The notes beneath the pieces were generated by a model. That model worked only from the letters and a program-made list of their open reading frames with translations. It searched no databases and was not told the DNA's origin. A stretch of DNA of 64,000 nucleotides from Mobula birostris (lineage: Eukaryota), in NCBI RefSeq assembly GCF_030028105.1, contig NC_092372.1, positions 64,794,034 through 64,858,033 on the forward strand, read 5' to 3'. Both the position numbers and the translations under genes were made by a program. Position 1 is the stretch's first letter, and every line of letters begins with the position of its first letter. This document shows, piece by piece, positions 27,320 through 40,844 of the stretch.

Positions 27320-27545
27320 ACTCTGATGATATGCAGGTTTGGGCTCGTGTAAGTCAAGCAACATTTGTGCGACACAAGTCCAAGGCAGTGAGCATCTCCA
27401 AGCAAAAAGAGCCTGGAGGCCTCCACTTGACATGGCTCAACACCACTCAACCAATATTCCTGGTGTTGAAGTTAATGACAATTTCAAACCAATCAGACAC
27501 ACAAGTTTTACTGGTTACCTTTGCAGGTCAGAGGCGAAACACCAA
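27320..27545 (+). mobile_element. Ancient L2/CR1-group LINE RT fragment
   Basis: QVWA..SQATFVRHKSKAVSISKQKE resembles the W...WQVTFAPHKCQAMTIS motif of L2/CR1-group RTs. Confidence 0.5.
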
Positions 27546-28089
27546 CCGTTACAAAATAACGCCTAGAGCAGCCTTTTCCAAGGTTGGCTCGTCCTCCAAA
27601 TTAGTTTTACTGATCTAAGTTGAATAGTCTATTTAGTGTATGAACTTGCTATGGTTTCGAATTACCTTTCCAATGATCCCCTCATTGCTCTTGATCAATT
27701 TTCTCTCTAAAGTTTCTCAACAGTTAGGGCAAAGCTCCTACTAGGCTTTGTCCTTGTCCTTTATCAATTCTATTCTCTGTTCTTCTGTGCCCAGATCCTT
27801 CCTCACTACAATCCCTGTCATCTCTTTTTATCAGTATTAATATTTCTTTCTTGCTCAATAGGTTATTCTTTAGAACCCCAAATATGCTGGAACACTTAAT
27901 TCTCAATGTTGGCCATCTAACAAGCATAGCCCTATAACGATTAAGTGATTATTTCAGCTGCTACATTGTGCATTTTACAGTTTGATAGTAAATCAGCTGG
28001 TCACTAATTGCCTTCAATAGCTTTATAAGCATAAAGTTCAAACATCAGGTTTATTTCAAAATTGCTCTGAAGAACAAGTAGCATCAACA

Positions 28090-28722
28090 GGCGGGAGGAG
28101 AAGATAGCAGCGCGCCACGCACACGTAGCTCTCCAGTGAAAATGATATTGTATTTGTTAAATAGGGGCCGTGGACAATTCTGATTTGAAGGAGACAGACA
28201 TGAAAGCACAGAGGAATATCTGGAGAAACTTCTGAAACACCGGTTCGCTGCCGCTGTTACTGGGTGATCATGAATCTTCCGGAGGGAAGGCCCCAATATC
28301 CCCGGCTTTACCTGCTGCTGGTGACCGAGATTGAGGTCGAATTGTTCTGAGAGAGATGGCGCTCGGTACTGGGCGTCGGAGGGCTGATCGGAGGCTTGAA
28401 GTTTTCGGATGACTCAGAGTCGGACTGTGGTTGGGCATGGCAGGGAGAGTTTTCTTCCTTCTCCCCTCTGCTTGAGATGTGGGACATTCGAGAGACTTTG
28501 AACTTTTTATTGTGCCATGGACTGTTCTTCATCAAGTTATGGTATTGTTGCACTGTTGTAACTATATGTTATAATTATGTGGTTTTGTTAGTTTTTTCAG
28601 TCTTGGTCTGTCCTATGTTTTGTGATATCACACCGGGGGAATATTGTATCATTTCTTAATGCATGCATTACTAAATGACAATAAAAGAGGACTGCGTGTC
28701 CTCATAATCTAATCTAATCTAA
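28090..28722 (+). mobile_element. AAGATGGCG/(TAATC)n non-coding retroelement, copy 2
   Basis: Colinear with 10166-10851; ends gaggactgcgtgtcctcat(aatct)3. Confidence 0.9.
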
Positions 28723-29099
28723 TTTTAGGGAAAGGATCTATGTCCTTATAATCCTGTTTCAAATGTTAGATAATAACTGTATGTTGCAACTCCATTTATC
28801 CAGCTTTTCCCTGTATTTTTACTGCATTTGGTTAGCAAAAATCTCAGCTTTATTACCAACAATCAGCCGAGTATTATCTACTGTTTGCAAAAGGGAATTT
28901 CAAACTTCTATAACGCTCTGAACATGAAAACATTTTTTAAACGTTATTCCTGAAAGTTCAGGCCCTAACTTTCAGACAGTATTTCTGAGTCCTAAATTCC
29001 CCAGGAATGGTTTCTGTTTATCAATTTTTTTTGTTCATAATCTCTTCAGAGTTTCAATAAACCGTCCCGTAGTCCTTTAAATTCAATGGAACACAAATA

Positions 29100-29270
29100 T
29101 GGTCTGTGAAATGGAAACAGCTAAATCTACAGATACTGAAATTCTCTCACCCTCTCCATTTGCTCCCCTAATTTCAGGAAGGGTCTCTGAGGTAAAACGT
29201 TAATTGATTTATCTTTCCACAGATGAGGCTTGACTGGTTGAATTTTTCCAGCATACCTGTTTTCGTTTCT
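29100..29270. mobile_element. Strongly decayed Penelope-derived fold-back/tail remnant
   Basis: tctacagatactgaaatt..gaagggtctctgaggtaaaacgttaattg..ccacagatg..ttttccagcat. Confidence 0.45.
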
Positions 29271-29349
29271 TCCTTGATCTCTGTAACCTACCACTGTAAC
29301 TCAATCTCTTATGGTTAATCTGCAATGCATTCTCTTATAGACCAAGACA

Positions 29350-29790
29350 TCATTTTCAGTGCAGGGTAGCCTCTTGCAGCTGACCAGGGGAGGAGAGGCC
29401 ATGGCAGTGTGGGAGAGCCTCTGTGGACCGCATTGGAATCTGTAGGGGTTAGGGGCTTGTCTCTCCCATTGGTGCTGCCCTCCAGTGTTCACTCAGTGCT
29501 TTCCTCTGGTGTTCACTCAGTGGAAGAACAAGCTGGACCAGGACAACTTACCATCAATTCTACAGACACATTACTCAAGGACTTAGGCTACCTATTGGCT
29601 TTTTTACTTTGTGACTGTATGTTATTTTTTCAGAAATTGTGAACATGTGTGCTATGGGTGTTGTGTGCTATGTGCAGTATACCGTGGGCTGTTGGTAATG
29701 TGTTTTGCACCTTGGACCCCTGGAGGAACACTGTTTCATTTGGCTATATTCATGTATGGTTGAATGACAATTAAACTTAAATTTGAACAT
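29350..29790 (+). mobile_element. Older non-autonomous retroelement with a related 3' end
   Basis: ..ctggaggaacactgtttcattt..aatgacaattaaacttaaatttgaa resembles the 3' region of the AAGATGGCG family but has a different tail. Confidence 0.4.
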
Positions 29791-32700
29791 GAAAATTGCT
29801 CACATTAAAAATTCACTGTGTTATTTAACTGAAGCAGTACAGTTTTGGCATGCCTTGTTTCAACCATCTCAGTACTTTGTGGCTTGCACATCAGTGTTTA
29901 TAATTTGATCATTCTTCTTATTTTTTTATTTTACTCAGCATCTGGAATTGATGAATGGAATCTAGTGAAGATTATTGCAACACTTCACAGAGGATACTTC
30001 AGTCAGTGGAAACACTAACACATTTAATTTCACAATTATTCTAATCCTAGAGGATGAAAATAGTAATGTATTCAGGACTCAGGAATTTGTGTAGGATTCA
30101 TTCAGAGGATAATTTTAATGGTGATGCATTTAGCTCTGTGATGTTTTGCCCCCAATCTGATTTTCAGTGTATATTCTGTTGGGGTCATAGAAGGACAGAG
30201 ATTATCCTTCAGCAGTAGCACATAAACAATTGATAACAAATTGTCAGGCAATTTTATATTATGTGCATTTTTTTCCCCAGTGATCACAGGGTGTCAATTC
30301 ATTATCATCCACTTTGTGCTCACCTTAACTGAAATTCTGCCCTGGAGTTAGTTAATTTTTCAAGGACTGAGTACTTCATAACCAAAATATTCAAGTCAGT
30401 CTATACTTCTGATTGATTTTCCTCTTCAGCTAAAATACTGGAGGAGTCTTTGATAAATTGTGATTTCCTGATCAAATAAAATTATGACTTCTGTGGGTGC
30501 CATGGGCATTAGGCATGAGCATTAGCACTGGGGTGGCACTGTGGTGCAGATAAAGATATACTGGTTAAACATGGCACTGGTGAGACACGATGCTGCTTTG
30601 GGGGCACAAACAAAACCACTCAGCAAACAAAATTACACTTCTTCAGGACTACAATCACTGCAATTTGCAGCCTGTAATTTTCCTTTGGGATTTGTGCATT
30701 TTAACTGTCTGTACGACCTGGTATTTTTGAGGTAACCTGAAGGATTGGGCGAACTAGACTCTCGAGAATGCAGGTACGGCCATGGTTGCCATTGTTGGAG
30801 TGGGCTTCAGGGCAGATTGAGGTGGCCAGAGAACAAAAAATGAGCCAATGTTTAGCCAGTTTTAGTGCTGAGTCAGGTTAAAAAGGTCAAGGCATTGAGG
30901 CCGACAGAGAAACCAGAGAACAATATTGGGATGTTTAGTTGTAACAACCCCTACAAAAGAAAAGCATGAAATCAGCCAAAATCAGCAAAATAATGCTTCT
31001 GTAGATTGTAACCAGAAAGAAACATTAAAATGGGACTGTGTGACCCTTGATGGGAGCTCAGCCAATTCCATGCCTCTCCCAGCAAACTGCTGTGCAAGAT
31101 TCAGAGATGTGTGTCCACTGTCTAGATACACACCTCAGACATCTCAACACCAGCAATAAATTCTATGGTTGCCATGGAGGATACAGAGGTTTGTGGAAAG
31201 GGGACCTACATTAAATTAAAAGGTGAGTCCAGGATTAATGAGAGATATGCCCTGAAATGGTCCTGGTGAAGCCAAAGTGGGAACTGCAGATTCTCAGCTG
31301 AGCCAGGCAGTTGGATTGCTTCACTGATTCACTGATTCGTGGAGGGTTTTGGTGTGCTTTCAAAGCATGGAATTAATGTTCTCAATGCATCCCAATTGCT
31401 CCTTCTCCACTTTCCATGGGGAACTAAGGATTTTCGGTGGTCGGAGGACATATGGGACACATCCTAAGAAGAAGCTGGCTGCAAGTGTCTATTATAGTCT
31501 CCTGCAGGTTTGAGAACCCCTGCAAAATAGAACAATGCAGAAAGGATTTTCATGATCATAGTGATCTGCACACCAATATTTGAATGTCCAGACTGGAGAT
31601 TCTCTCAGAAGATAACTCTCTGCTATGTTTTGTGTTCTTTCAGAGAAGGGTCACATCAGGAAATAATGAGAAGTTGTAATATGCTACTAAAATGACTGAT
31701 GCAAAGATTTATTTATTCCTTCATGCATGCATTATATTCAGTGGATGTGGACCCACACAGGTGAATGTGAGAAGATTGTATGAATTACCTCAGCACCTTT
31801 TGCTGATTGCAACTTCGCAATGTTGTTGTTAATGATCATGATGGTAATGTGAGGTGTGCCACTTAGTTTGCAGTAACGACTATGATTTTGCAAACTTCTT
31901 AAGCAAATTGTCTGTCTATTAGAAAATTCTTTATACTCTGTGCAGCCAATGTCTGTCTCATCTGCTCAGATGTGAGATGAGGCTTTGGATGCTAAACAAA
32001 GGCACTTCCTCTGTGTCCTGCCCTATTTGCTCCTGATGTCTCATGGCCCTCATGCTTCAGGGTTCTATGTTGTTTTCCCTTGCCACAGTGGCTGCTGACT
32101 TAAATTTGTGAGTATGCAGAGTGCAGCAGACAATGACTTCCTTACTTCTGTTTGACTGATATGAACTAAAATACATTCCTGGACTGATACAAGCAGCAAC
32201 ATGATTCAGCCTGGGTAAAGTCAGCTTCTGAGAAATGAACACCAATGAAGCAATAGCTATTGATAACTTGACTTGAGAGCAGATAATCAGAACTCTAACT
32301 GTTCAGAATGTCTGAATGTTAGAAGATTAGAAGGAGGTGGTGGGTTCTTCCCATCCTAATCACAACCATAGGAATTAGTAAGTTTGTCAATTTCACTTCA
32401 CAATTTGTCTGATTGTCCTGATTGCCCCAGTGTCCCACTACCAGAATATAATCTGATACTATACTGAATATAATCAACAATGAAGTTCAAGATTACTGAA
32501 GATTCATGGCTGTTCAAATGAAATTGGATGGATTTTCTTCCACGGATAATGTCTTCGACTCCAGACCAGTCATCCAGCAAACTGCCAGCATGCATCCGAT
32601 CCCACTAGGGGTCCAAATATCTTCATCCATTGCTACACAACTGCCAAAGACTTCTACTGAGCTACTCAACCTTATCAATCTTGGCAAATTGGATCACCAG

Positions 32701-32894
32701 GCTGTGTTCCTTCCCCCGCATAAAAAAAATCTGAAATGTGAGGATCCAGTACAGAAAGTGCTGGTCTGAGGAAATAGATGAGCTTCTACACAACTACTTT
32801 AAGTTGGTAGGCTAGCTCATGCCCAAAGACCCAGCAGCCAACCCAGATGAATATGTCACCACCAACATGGACTTCATCAGCAAGTGTGGTTAAA

Positions 32895-33548
32895 CAGGAG
32901 GAGAAGATGGCGGCGTGACGGCAGCGCGCGCGGCCTCTCTGGTGAATGATATCTGTAATCTGTCAAGTAGGGGACCGTGCACAATTCTGATTTGATGGAG
33001 ACGGACGTGAGAATACGGAGGAACATCTGGAAAACTTCTGAAATGCCCACTTCGCTGCTGCTGCTACTGTGTGGAAACCAGACTCTCCAGAGCAGAAGGC
33101 CCCGAATCCTCGGCTTTGCTTGTTTCAGCAGCCGAGGAGAGGTCGAAGGCGCTCGGGAGGCTGTATCAGAGGGGCTGATCGGAGGCTCGAAGTTTTCGGA
33201 TGGATGGACTCAGTGTCGGCTGTTGTCGGCTGCTTCCAAGGCATCGGCAAGTTGACGGTGCCTGGAGGTTTATGGCAGGGAGTTTCTCCCTTTTGCCGCC
33301 TGCTATCGGGGACTCGGGAGTCAATCAACTCGGGGACTTTGAGACTTTTTTTTATCATGCCCGTAGCTCGTTCTTCATCAAATTATGGTATTGTTTTGCA
33401 CTGCTGTAACTATATGTTATAGCTATGTGGTTCTGTCAGTGTTAGTCTTTGGTTTGTCCTGTTTTCTGGAGAAACATTGTATCATTTCTTAATGCATGTA
33501 TGCATTTCTAAATGACAATAAAAGAGGACTGAGTGTTCTCATAATCTA
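32895..33548 (+). mobile_element. AAGATGGCG/(TAATC)n non-coding retroelement, copy 3
   Basis: Colinear with copies 1 and 2; probable TSD aagtgtg at 32882-32888 and 33552-33558. Confidence 0.9.
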
Positions 33549-33928
33549 AAAAAGTGTGTTGAAGCTAACAAAATGGTATGCCATTAGCTGGTGTGCTGAG
33601 ATTAACACCTGAAATCAGGCAACAAGAAATCAAGATATGACCACCGTAAAACTGTCAGGGTTGTCAAAAAAGTAATACCAGTCCAGAATTGAGTCCAAGA
33701 CCAGCCATCATTTGTGGTATGATTACACGTTGTAACAGGTTAAAAGACAAAGTCAGGCAGTGCTGTTGACAACAGCACTTGACTCCTGATGAGTATAATG
33801 CCTTCTGTGCACACGTTGAACTGAAGGGGATTGGAATGTCACCACCCACCCAGGCAGCCTCCAATGTACCTGAATTCACAGTCACTATTGCAGATGTAAG
33901 GTCAGTCTACTGGAGAGTGAACCTGCAA

Positions 33929-34384
33929 ATAGATAGATAGGTAGATAGATAGATAGATAGATATACTTTATTAATCTCGAGGGAAATTTGGTTTCGTTAC
34001 AGCCGCACCAACCAAGAAGAGAGCGTAAATATAGCAATACCAAAAAACCCCAACAATCAAACAACAAAATGCCAACTATGCCAGATGGAAAATAAGTCCA
34101 GGACCAGTCTATTGGCTCAGGGTGTCTGACTCTCCACGGGAGGAGCTGCACATTCGATGGCCACAGGCAGGAATGACCTCCCGTGCCGCCAGTGTTGTAT
34201 CACGGTGGAATGAGGCCGAAGTCCAACAGTAAAAAGTTCAATATCCAGTCTGCAAACACGTTCCTTGATCGTAATATACCCCGTATTGCACCATCCATTG
34301 TTAACCAGATCAGTAAGCACGAAACTCCTTTATGCTTACCGCTCTCAGTGAACTTCCGGTCAGCTGGAACGGTATTACCCACCG
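33929..34384 (-). mobile_element. Internally deleted Rex1 derivative (endonuclease fragment fused to the 3' end, (GATA)n tail)
   Basis: Minus strand reads ADRKFTESGKHKG..VNNGWCN..ITIKERVCRLDIELFTVGLRP directly followed by RHGRSFLPVAI and a 3' UTR shared with 5644-5890. Confidence 0.8.
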
Positions 34385-34895
34385 AAATGGCATCTGTCCT
34401 GGATGGCGTCCCTGGCTATGTCCTTAGATCCTGCACAGATCAGCTGGTGGAGATACAGGGGATACCAGTAGCTGTGACAGACACCATCATCACAGTCATG
34501 GAGCACTACAGCACAGAAATACACCCCTTGGCCCATCTAGTCCATGCTGACCCAATCTTCTGCCTAGACCCATCTTGCTGCACCTGGGCTATAGCTCTAA
34601 ACAATCTCTGCCACTTGTGTACTTATCAAATCTATTCTTAAATGGACAATTGAACACACATTTACCATTTCTGTTGGAATCTTGATCAACACTTTTTTAC
34701 CCATTAAATATTTAATCTTTCATCCTAAATCAATAACCTCTAGTTCTATTTTTATTGAACCTGAGAAGAAAAAGCCTGTATACATTCACCCTATCCATGC
34801 CCTACATAATTTTCTATACCTTAGCATGTCCCAGATTCTCCTGGGCCCCAGGGAATAAAGTCCCAAACTTCCCACATAACTCAGGTTGTCAGGTC

Positions 34896-35930
34896 ATAGA
34901 AACATAGAAAAGCTGCAGCACAATATAGGCCATTCGGCCCAAAATGCTGTGCCGAACATGTACTTACTTCAGAAATTACCTGGGGTTACTCATAGCCCTC
35001 TATTTTTCTAAGCTCCATGTACCTATCCAGGAGTCTCTTAAAAGACCCTATCGTATCTGTCTCCACCCCTGTGTCTGGCAGCCCATTCCACACACGCACC
35101 ACTTTCTGCGTAAAAAACTTATCCCTGACATCTCTGTACCTATTTCCAAGCACCTTAAAACTGTGCCCTCTTGTGTTAGCCTGGGAAAAAGATTCTGACT
35201 ATCCACATGATCAATGCCTCTCATCATCTAATACACCCCTACCTCTCTCATCCTCTGCTGCTCCAAGGAGAAAAGGCCAAGTTAACTCAACCTATTCTCA
35301 TAAGGCATGCTCTGCAATTCAGGCAACATCCTTGTAAATCTCCTCTGCACCCTTTATATAGTTTCCACATCCTTCCTGTAGTGAGGTGACCAGAACTGAG
35401 CACAGTACTCCTAGTGGGGTCTGACCAGGGTCCTACATAGTTGTAATATTACCTCTCAGCTCTTGAACTCAATCCCACGATTGATGAAGGCCAATGCTCC
35501 GTATGCCTTCTTAACCACAGAGTCAACCTGTGTAGCAACTTTGAGTGTCCAATGTACTTGGACCCCAAGATCTCTCTGATCCCCCACACTACCAAGAGTC
35601 TTACCATTAATACTATATTCTACCATCATATTTGACCTACCAAAATGAACCACCTCACACTTATCTGGGTTGAACTCCATCTGCCACTTCTCAGCCCAGT
35701 TTTGCATCATATCGATGTCCCGCTATAACCTCTGACAGCTCTCCACACTATCCACAACACCCCCAAGCTTTGTGTTGTCAACAAATTTACTAACCCTTCC
35801 CTCCACTTCCTCATCCAGATCATTTATAAAAATCACAAAGAGAAGGTGTGCCAGAACAGATCCCTGAGGCACATCACTGCTCACTGAACTCCATGCAGAA
35901 TATGAGCCCTCTGCATCCACTCTTTGCCAG
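34896..35930 (-). mobile_element. CR1 LINE 3' ~1 kb (RT C-terminus)
   Basis: SDVPQGSVLAHLLFVIFINDLDEEVEGRVSKFVDNTKLGG and WAEKWQMEFNPDKCEVVHFGRSN; catagaaacatagaaa tail. Confidence 0.9.
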
Positions 35931-36206
35931 GAACACCTCTGTGAACTTTCTCTGCACTCCTTCAAGCCTATTGATATCCCTACTGTAAGAAGGAGATCAA
36001 AGCAATACTCTAACCAATGTGGTGTACAACTTCAACACAATATCTCAACCCCTTCAGTCAGTGCCTTGACTTATGAAAGCCAGTATTGCAAAAGCTCACC
36101 TGCGAACCCTTTCTACCTGTGATGCCAGTTTTAAGGAATTATAGATCTGTATTCCAAGAATCCTTTGTCTTACCACATATCTCAGAGCCTTACCTTTCGC
36201 TGTGTA

Positions 36207-36535
36207 AATCTTATGATGGGGGAGTCTAGTACGAGAGGGCACGACTTAAGGTTTGAAGGGCGCCCATTCAGAACAGAAATGCGAAGAAATTTTTTTAGCC
36301 AGAGGGTGGTGAATCTATGGAATTTGTTGCCACGGGTGGCAGTGGAGGCCAAGTCATTGGGTGTATTTAAGGCAGAGATTGATAGGTATCTGAGTAGCCA
36401 GGGCATCAAAGGTTATGTTGAGAGGATGGGGGAGTGGGACTAAATGGGAGAATGGATCAGCTTATGATAAAATGGCGGAGCAGACTCGATGGGCCGAATG
36501 GCTGACTTCTGCTCATTTATCTTATGGTCTTATAC
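36207..36535 (+). mobile_element. Short young CR1 3' end
   Basis: GESSTRGHDLR..FRTEMRRNFFSQRVVNLWNLLP..FKAEIDRYL; tail tcttatggtcttat. Confidence 0.9.
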
Positions 36536-38062
36536 CCTGTTTTGTCCTCCCAGGGAGCAACACCTCATACTTGAATGCATTAAATTCCATTTGGCATTTT
36601 TCAGCCTATTTTCCCATCTGGTCAGGATCATACTGATAGCTTGGATAGATTCCTCACTGTTCACTTCATCCTCGACATTAGTGTCATCCACAAATTTACT
36701 GATCCAGTTCACTACATTATCACCTAAATCATATACAACAATGGATTCAGCTCCGATCCCTGTGGCACACCATTAGTCACAGGACATGAAGCGCTTCATG
36801 AAATCCTTTGAGAGGCTGGTTATGGCATGTATTATCTGAAACTTCCCAAAGAACTGACCGCAATTCACCTACTACTGAATCTGGTCTATACAAACACCAT
36901 CTCCCTGCCCCTACAATCATACTTGGAGCTTCTGTAGAGTAAAGCCACTTATATTAGTCTGTTGTTTATAGATTATTGCTCTGCACACCATACTGTAATC
37001 TCAAGAAAACTCCAAACTCCTGGACATCAGACTCAACGTTTGTCTGTACAACTGGCTGAGGACATAAAAGCCTGAGAACTCTTACAACCAGGTTCAGGGA
37101 CAGCTTCTATTCTGCTGCTATAAGGCTATATTGAACAGTCCAAGATGGACTCTTGATCTCACTGTCTACCCTGTTATGGCCTTGCACTTTATTGTCTTAC
37201 GTGCCTTCTCTGTAACTGTAACAGTTTAGTTTGCACTTTGTTATTGTTTTACCTCATACTACCCCAATGTGCTATTGATTTGTATGAATGATATGCAAGA
37301 CAAGTTTTTCACTGTACCCTAGTACATATGACAATAATAAGTCATTTTACCAACTTATAAAGTTAATCAAAGTAACCTCTCTGCATCTATGTGGTCTAGA
37401 CCCTGAATCATTTTATGCATTTTTATGTTTTCCTCATTCTGTTAAATTTCAGAATATGTAAGAAAATGTTTTTATCTGGATCAAATAGGCCAAGATTTTG
37501 GCATTACAGAGCCAAAATGTTGAAATATTGAAATATATTATATAATGATCATTGTGCAATCATTCAGCACAATTTCTCTTTTTGATTATTTATTTAATAC
37601 CTTCTATTTATGTCATTAAGTAATGTCATTTTCTACCCAAACCTACACCACAGGATTTAATGCAACATGCCATCTTTAGAAATGCTGTGATTATATTCTT
37701 AAGAAACTATCTGATAACTTTAAGATGAATGTAAAAGCTTTACAGTCAGAAATATGCTGATATTCACTCTGCTTTCTTCAATTTCAGAAACATGACCAAA
37801 GAATCATTTCTTTTTTTTAGGAGCAGGCTTCAATCATTCTGCTGCTGGCATTGCCTTCTTATCATCCTTCTCACATGCTGATAGAATTCTAGCAGCAACA
37901 GCAAGCTAATCAGAATGCATATAGACAGGGATATATTTTACTGTATCGATTGCTTTTGTGACCGAATTATCCATTACCATGGAGCCACTGAACAAGTATC
38001 AAATCCTTAAATTTTCCTTCCAGCAAAGTCCCATTGTATGCATGAGAAAGTGTTACATTAAT

Positions 38063-38395
38063 AAAACCATAAGACATGGCAATAGAATTAGGCCTTTCAG
38101 CCCTTTGAGTCTGCTCCGCTATTCCATCATGGCTGATTTATTAGCTCTCTTCCATCCCATTGTCCTCCTCTTCCCCTGTAACCTTTGACACCCTGGCTAA
38201 TCATGTACCTATCAACCTCCGCTATAAAAATATACTCCACAGCTGACTGTGGCAACGAACTCCAGAGATTCAGCATCCTCTGGCTGAAGAACTACCTCCT
38301 AACCTGCTATAAATGGATGTACCTCTATTCTGAGTCTGTATCCCCTGGTCCTAGACTCACCCACTATAGGAAATATTCTCTCCACGTCCACCTTT
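38063..38395 (-). mobile_element. CR1 3' end
   Basis: accataagacat..gaattaggcc..tctgctccg..catcatggctgat; same family as 13288-13485. Confidence 0.8.
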
Positions 38396-39239
38396 ATGGA
38401 GCTTTACCTGGTTGCTAGCTCTTTTTAGGAGTTACATATTCATGTAAAAAGGAAAACAAAGGTGCTAGAGGTCAATTTTCTCTGATATCTACTGACCCTA
38501 TTAATCACCTCACTCCTTCCTACTCTCGAATAAAATAAAATGAAGTTGAAAAGACCTTAGTATCACATACTGTTTGGATTTAAAACAGAGTGACATTTCC
38601 TTAATGATAATGGGAACATTCCTGAAATTAAGTAGTTCATGGACTTCGATATCAAACATGGACAAAGATGATGCAATCAAATAAAGGAGGGATTAATGAA
38701 CAGATTCGTTGAGTACAGACAAAGCTGTAGAGTCATTCATTCCACGTATCATTATCATGTAATTTAATTGCAGGTCTCAGATATATTGAATTATAGTGAG
38801 GCAAGTGTGAGGTCAACCTGCAGACAGAAAACTCAGTTCAAATTGAGTTGTTCTAATATCAAGGTCAGGCTGATAGGATATTTTGGATAGGCTGATAGGA
38901 CATTTGGGAATCAACAGCACAATTTACAACTTGTAGATAAGTTGATGCAAGTGTGAGTGGAGAATATTAAGAGAAAATGCAGAGACAACTACAATGGACA
39001 GTAGAGCTTGTGTCCTTAACAGAAAATAACTCTAAGTTATGAAGGCATTACAGTAAAAAAGGAGTGACCTGCTTAATCACCAGAAATCATATGTTATCCA
39101 GTAACTGGTGAGGTAACAGTTGAGACAGCTGTGACTATCTGGGGTTAGGATCATAACATTAAGAGAAAATGTGTTGCCGGTTGCAGTGTCAACCATAGTG
39201 TTTGGGCTCACATGTTAAGTAAAGGTAGATCAACACAGA

Positions 39240-39560
39240 ATCATCTCTCTCTCTCACCCTTTCTCCTCTTTTCTCCTGCCTGTCGCCTCCCTTTGTTGCT
39301 CCTCATCTCTTTCTCCCATGGTTCAATGTCCTCTCCTATCAGATTCCTTTTTCTTTAGCCCTTGAACTCTTTGACCTATCACCTGCCAGCTTCTTACTTC
39401 ATCCCCTCTTCTCCTTCATCTACTTTCACAAGCCACCTGCTGGCTTGTACATTCCCCCCTCCCCCATCTTCTTACTCTGGTTTCTGCCCCTTCCTTTTCA
39501 GTCCTGATAATTAGTATTGGTCCAAAACATTGACTGTTTATACTCCTCCAGAGAGGTTGC
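39240..39560 (+). mobile_element. Penelope-like 3' UTR with decayed hammerhead (39499-39536)
   Basis: Pyrimidine-rich UTR like 4100-4330 and 50830-51120; cagtcCTGATAAttagtattggtccAAAACattgactg keeps the cagtc/gactg stem I. Confidence 0.75.
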
Positions 39561-40844
39561 CTCCAGGAGGTTGTGATGCTTCGAATACAGAATTCAGTTT
39601 GCTATCAGTTAACTCAGAGGTAATTCATCTAAATACAGAGGTAGTTCAACCCCATCCATATTGAATATAAACAAATGTAGCAGAGAAATCTTTAAATGTT
39701 TAAGAGTATTGTTTAGTCCATAGCTTAGTAATGTTACCTCTAAATTTGAGCACCACAATGCTTTTTTACTAGCCATCCTGCCTTCACTTGTTATGAGTTT
39801 AAGCCCTTCAAAACTAGTTGCCTTTAAATAATCATGCATAAAATTGTGATTACCCATCATGCCTCTCACTGGCAACCATGCCTCAGATTAAAATGCTGAC
39901 ACTTCTTTTTAAATATTATCTTGTCTTTGATTCTCTCAACCTCTTCAGGAATTCACTGTACTTCACTTTCCCCTGACCCTTCTGGATTGTATAAAATCTT
40001 TCATGTATGCTCTACAACCTAAAGAGGTCTCCTTGAGTTCCTCCTTAAATCCTTCCATTATTCTCTCTTAGTGTGAAGGGAATTTTACACTGTAAGTTTT
40101 CCAATTCACCTACTTTAAAATAATTTTATGTCTATATTCCCAATAAATAAATAACTAAAAGGGCTGACACCAAGAATTTATTGACCTGTGCCTTTAATGT
40201 ATGCCAGGAAAAGTGCGAATTGGAAAACTGCTCCCAATCTCAATAACTGAATAAATTAAACAAAGTAGAAATTATAACTAAGAAAATCTTCAGTCTTATA
40301 GTTGTAATAGTTCAATTAACCTTTGATATGTTTTATCTAAATATCCTTCTCTGTTTGCTATCAATTGCTCTTTAGTGTTTTTTTTATCTTATACATTATG
40401 ATTGCAAGCCTGGTTCATATCTTTTCATTCAGCTGTTATAACTAATTTGTATGATCATTATTCCTTTCATAATCATATTAATGCAATAAATGAATAATAT
40501 TTTTGCACCATTCTAATTTAAGTAATTGTGAGCACTATGATTAAGATTTCAAACTATATGCTGTAGTTCGAGCCGTGTTATCCAAAAGAAATGATGTCAT
40601 AAGTTCAATATCCTTGGACTAGTACAGTTGCCCTGATGCAACAGCTGTACTTAATAAGTGTATAAATAATCTTCATCATTAATTTTTTCTTGTTCTCTTA
40701 AGCAACTAAAAATACTATGAATTGATTTGTTTATGTATTTCATCACCTGAAACATATATAAAACAACCCAATTTCAGTATCTGTTCTTGAAGCTGTAATG
40801 GTGGAGGAGGTTCCTTAATGTTGTTATAGCCAAGCATGGTAATG

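Larger units (their letters stand above)
34490..36785 (-). mobile_element. Older CR1 3' region (34490-34895, 35930-36205, 36535-36785) interrupted by younger CR1 copies
   Basis: CR1 tail at 34490; ORF 36530..36712 WISKFVDDTNV.. is CR1 RT. Confidence 0.65.
32690..37350 (+). mobile_element. Old Rex1/Babar LINE hosting at least five nested insertions
   Basis: Colinear pieces at 32690-32888, 33552-33927, 34385-34460 (PDGVPGYVLRSCTDQLV), 36785-37055 (MKSFERLVMA..FIDYCSA) and a 3' end at 37060-37350. Confidence 0.75.
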
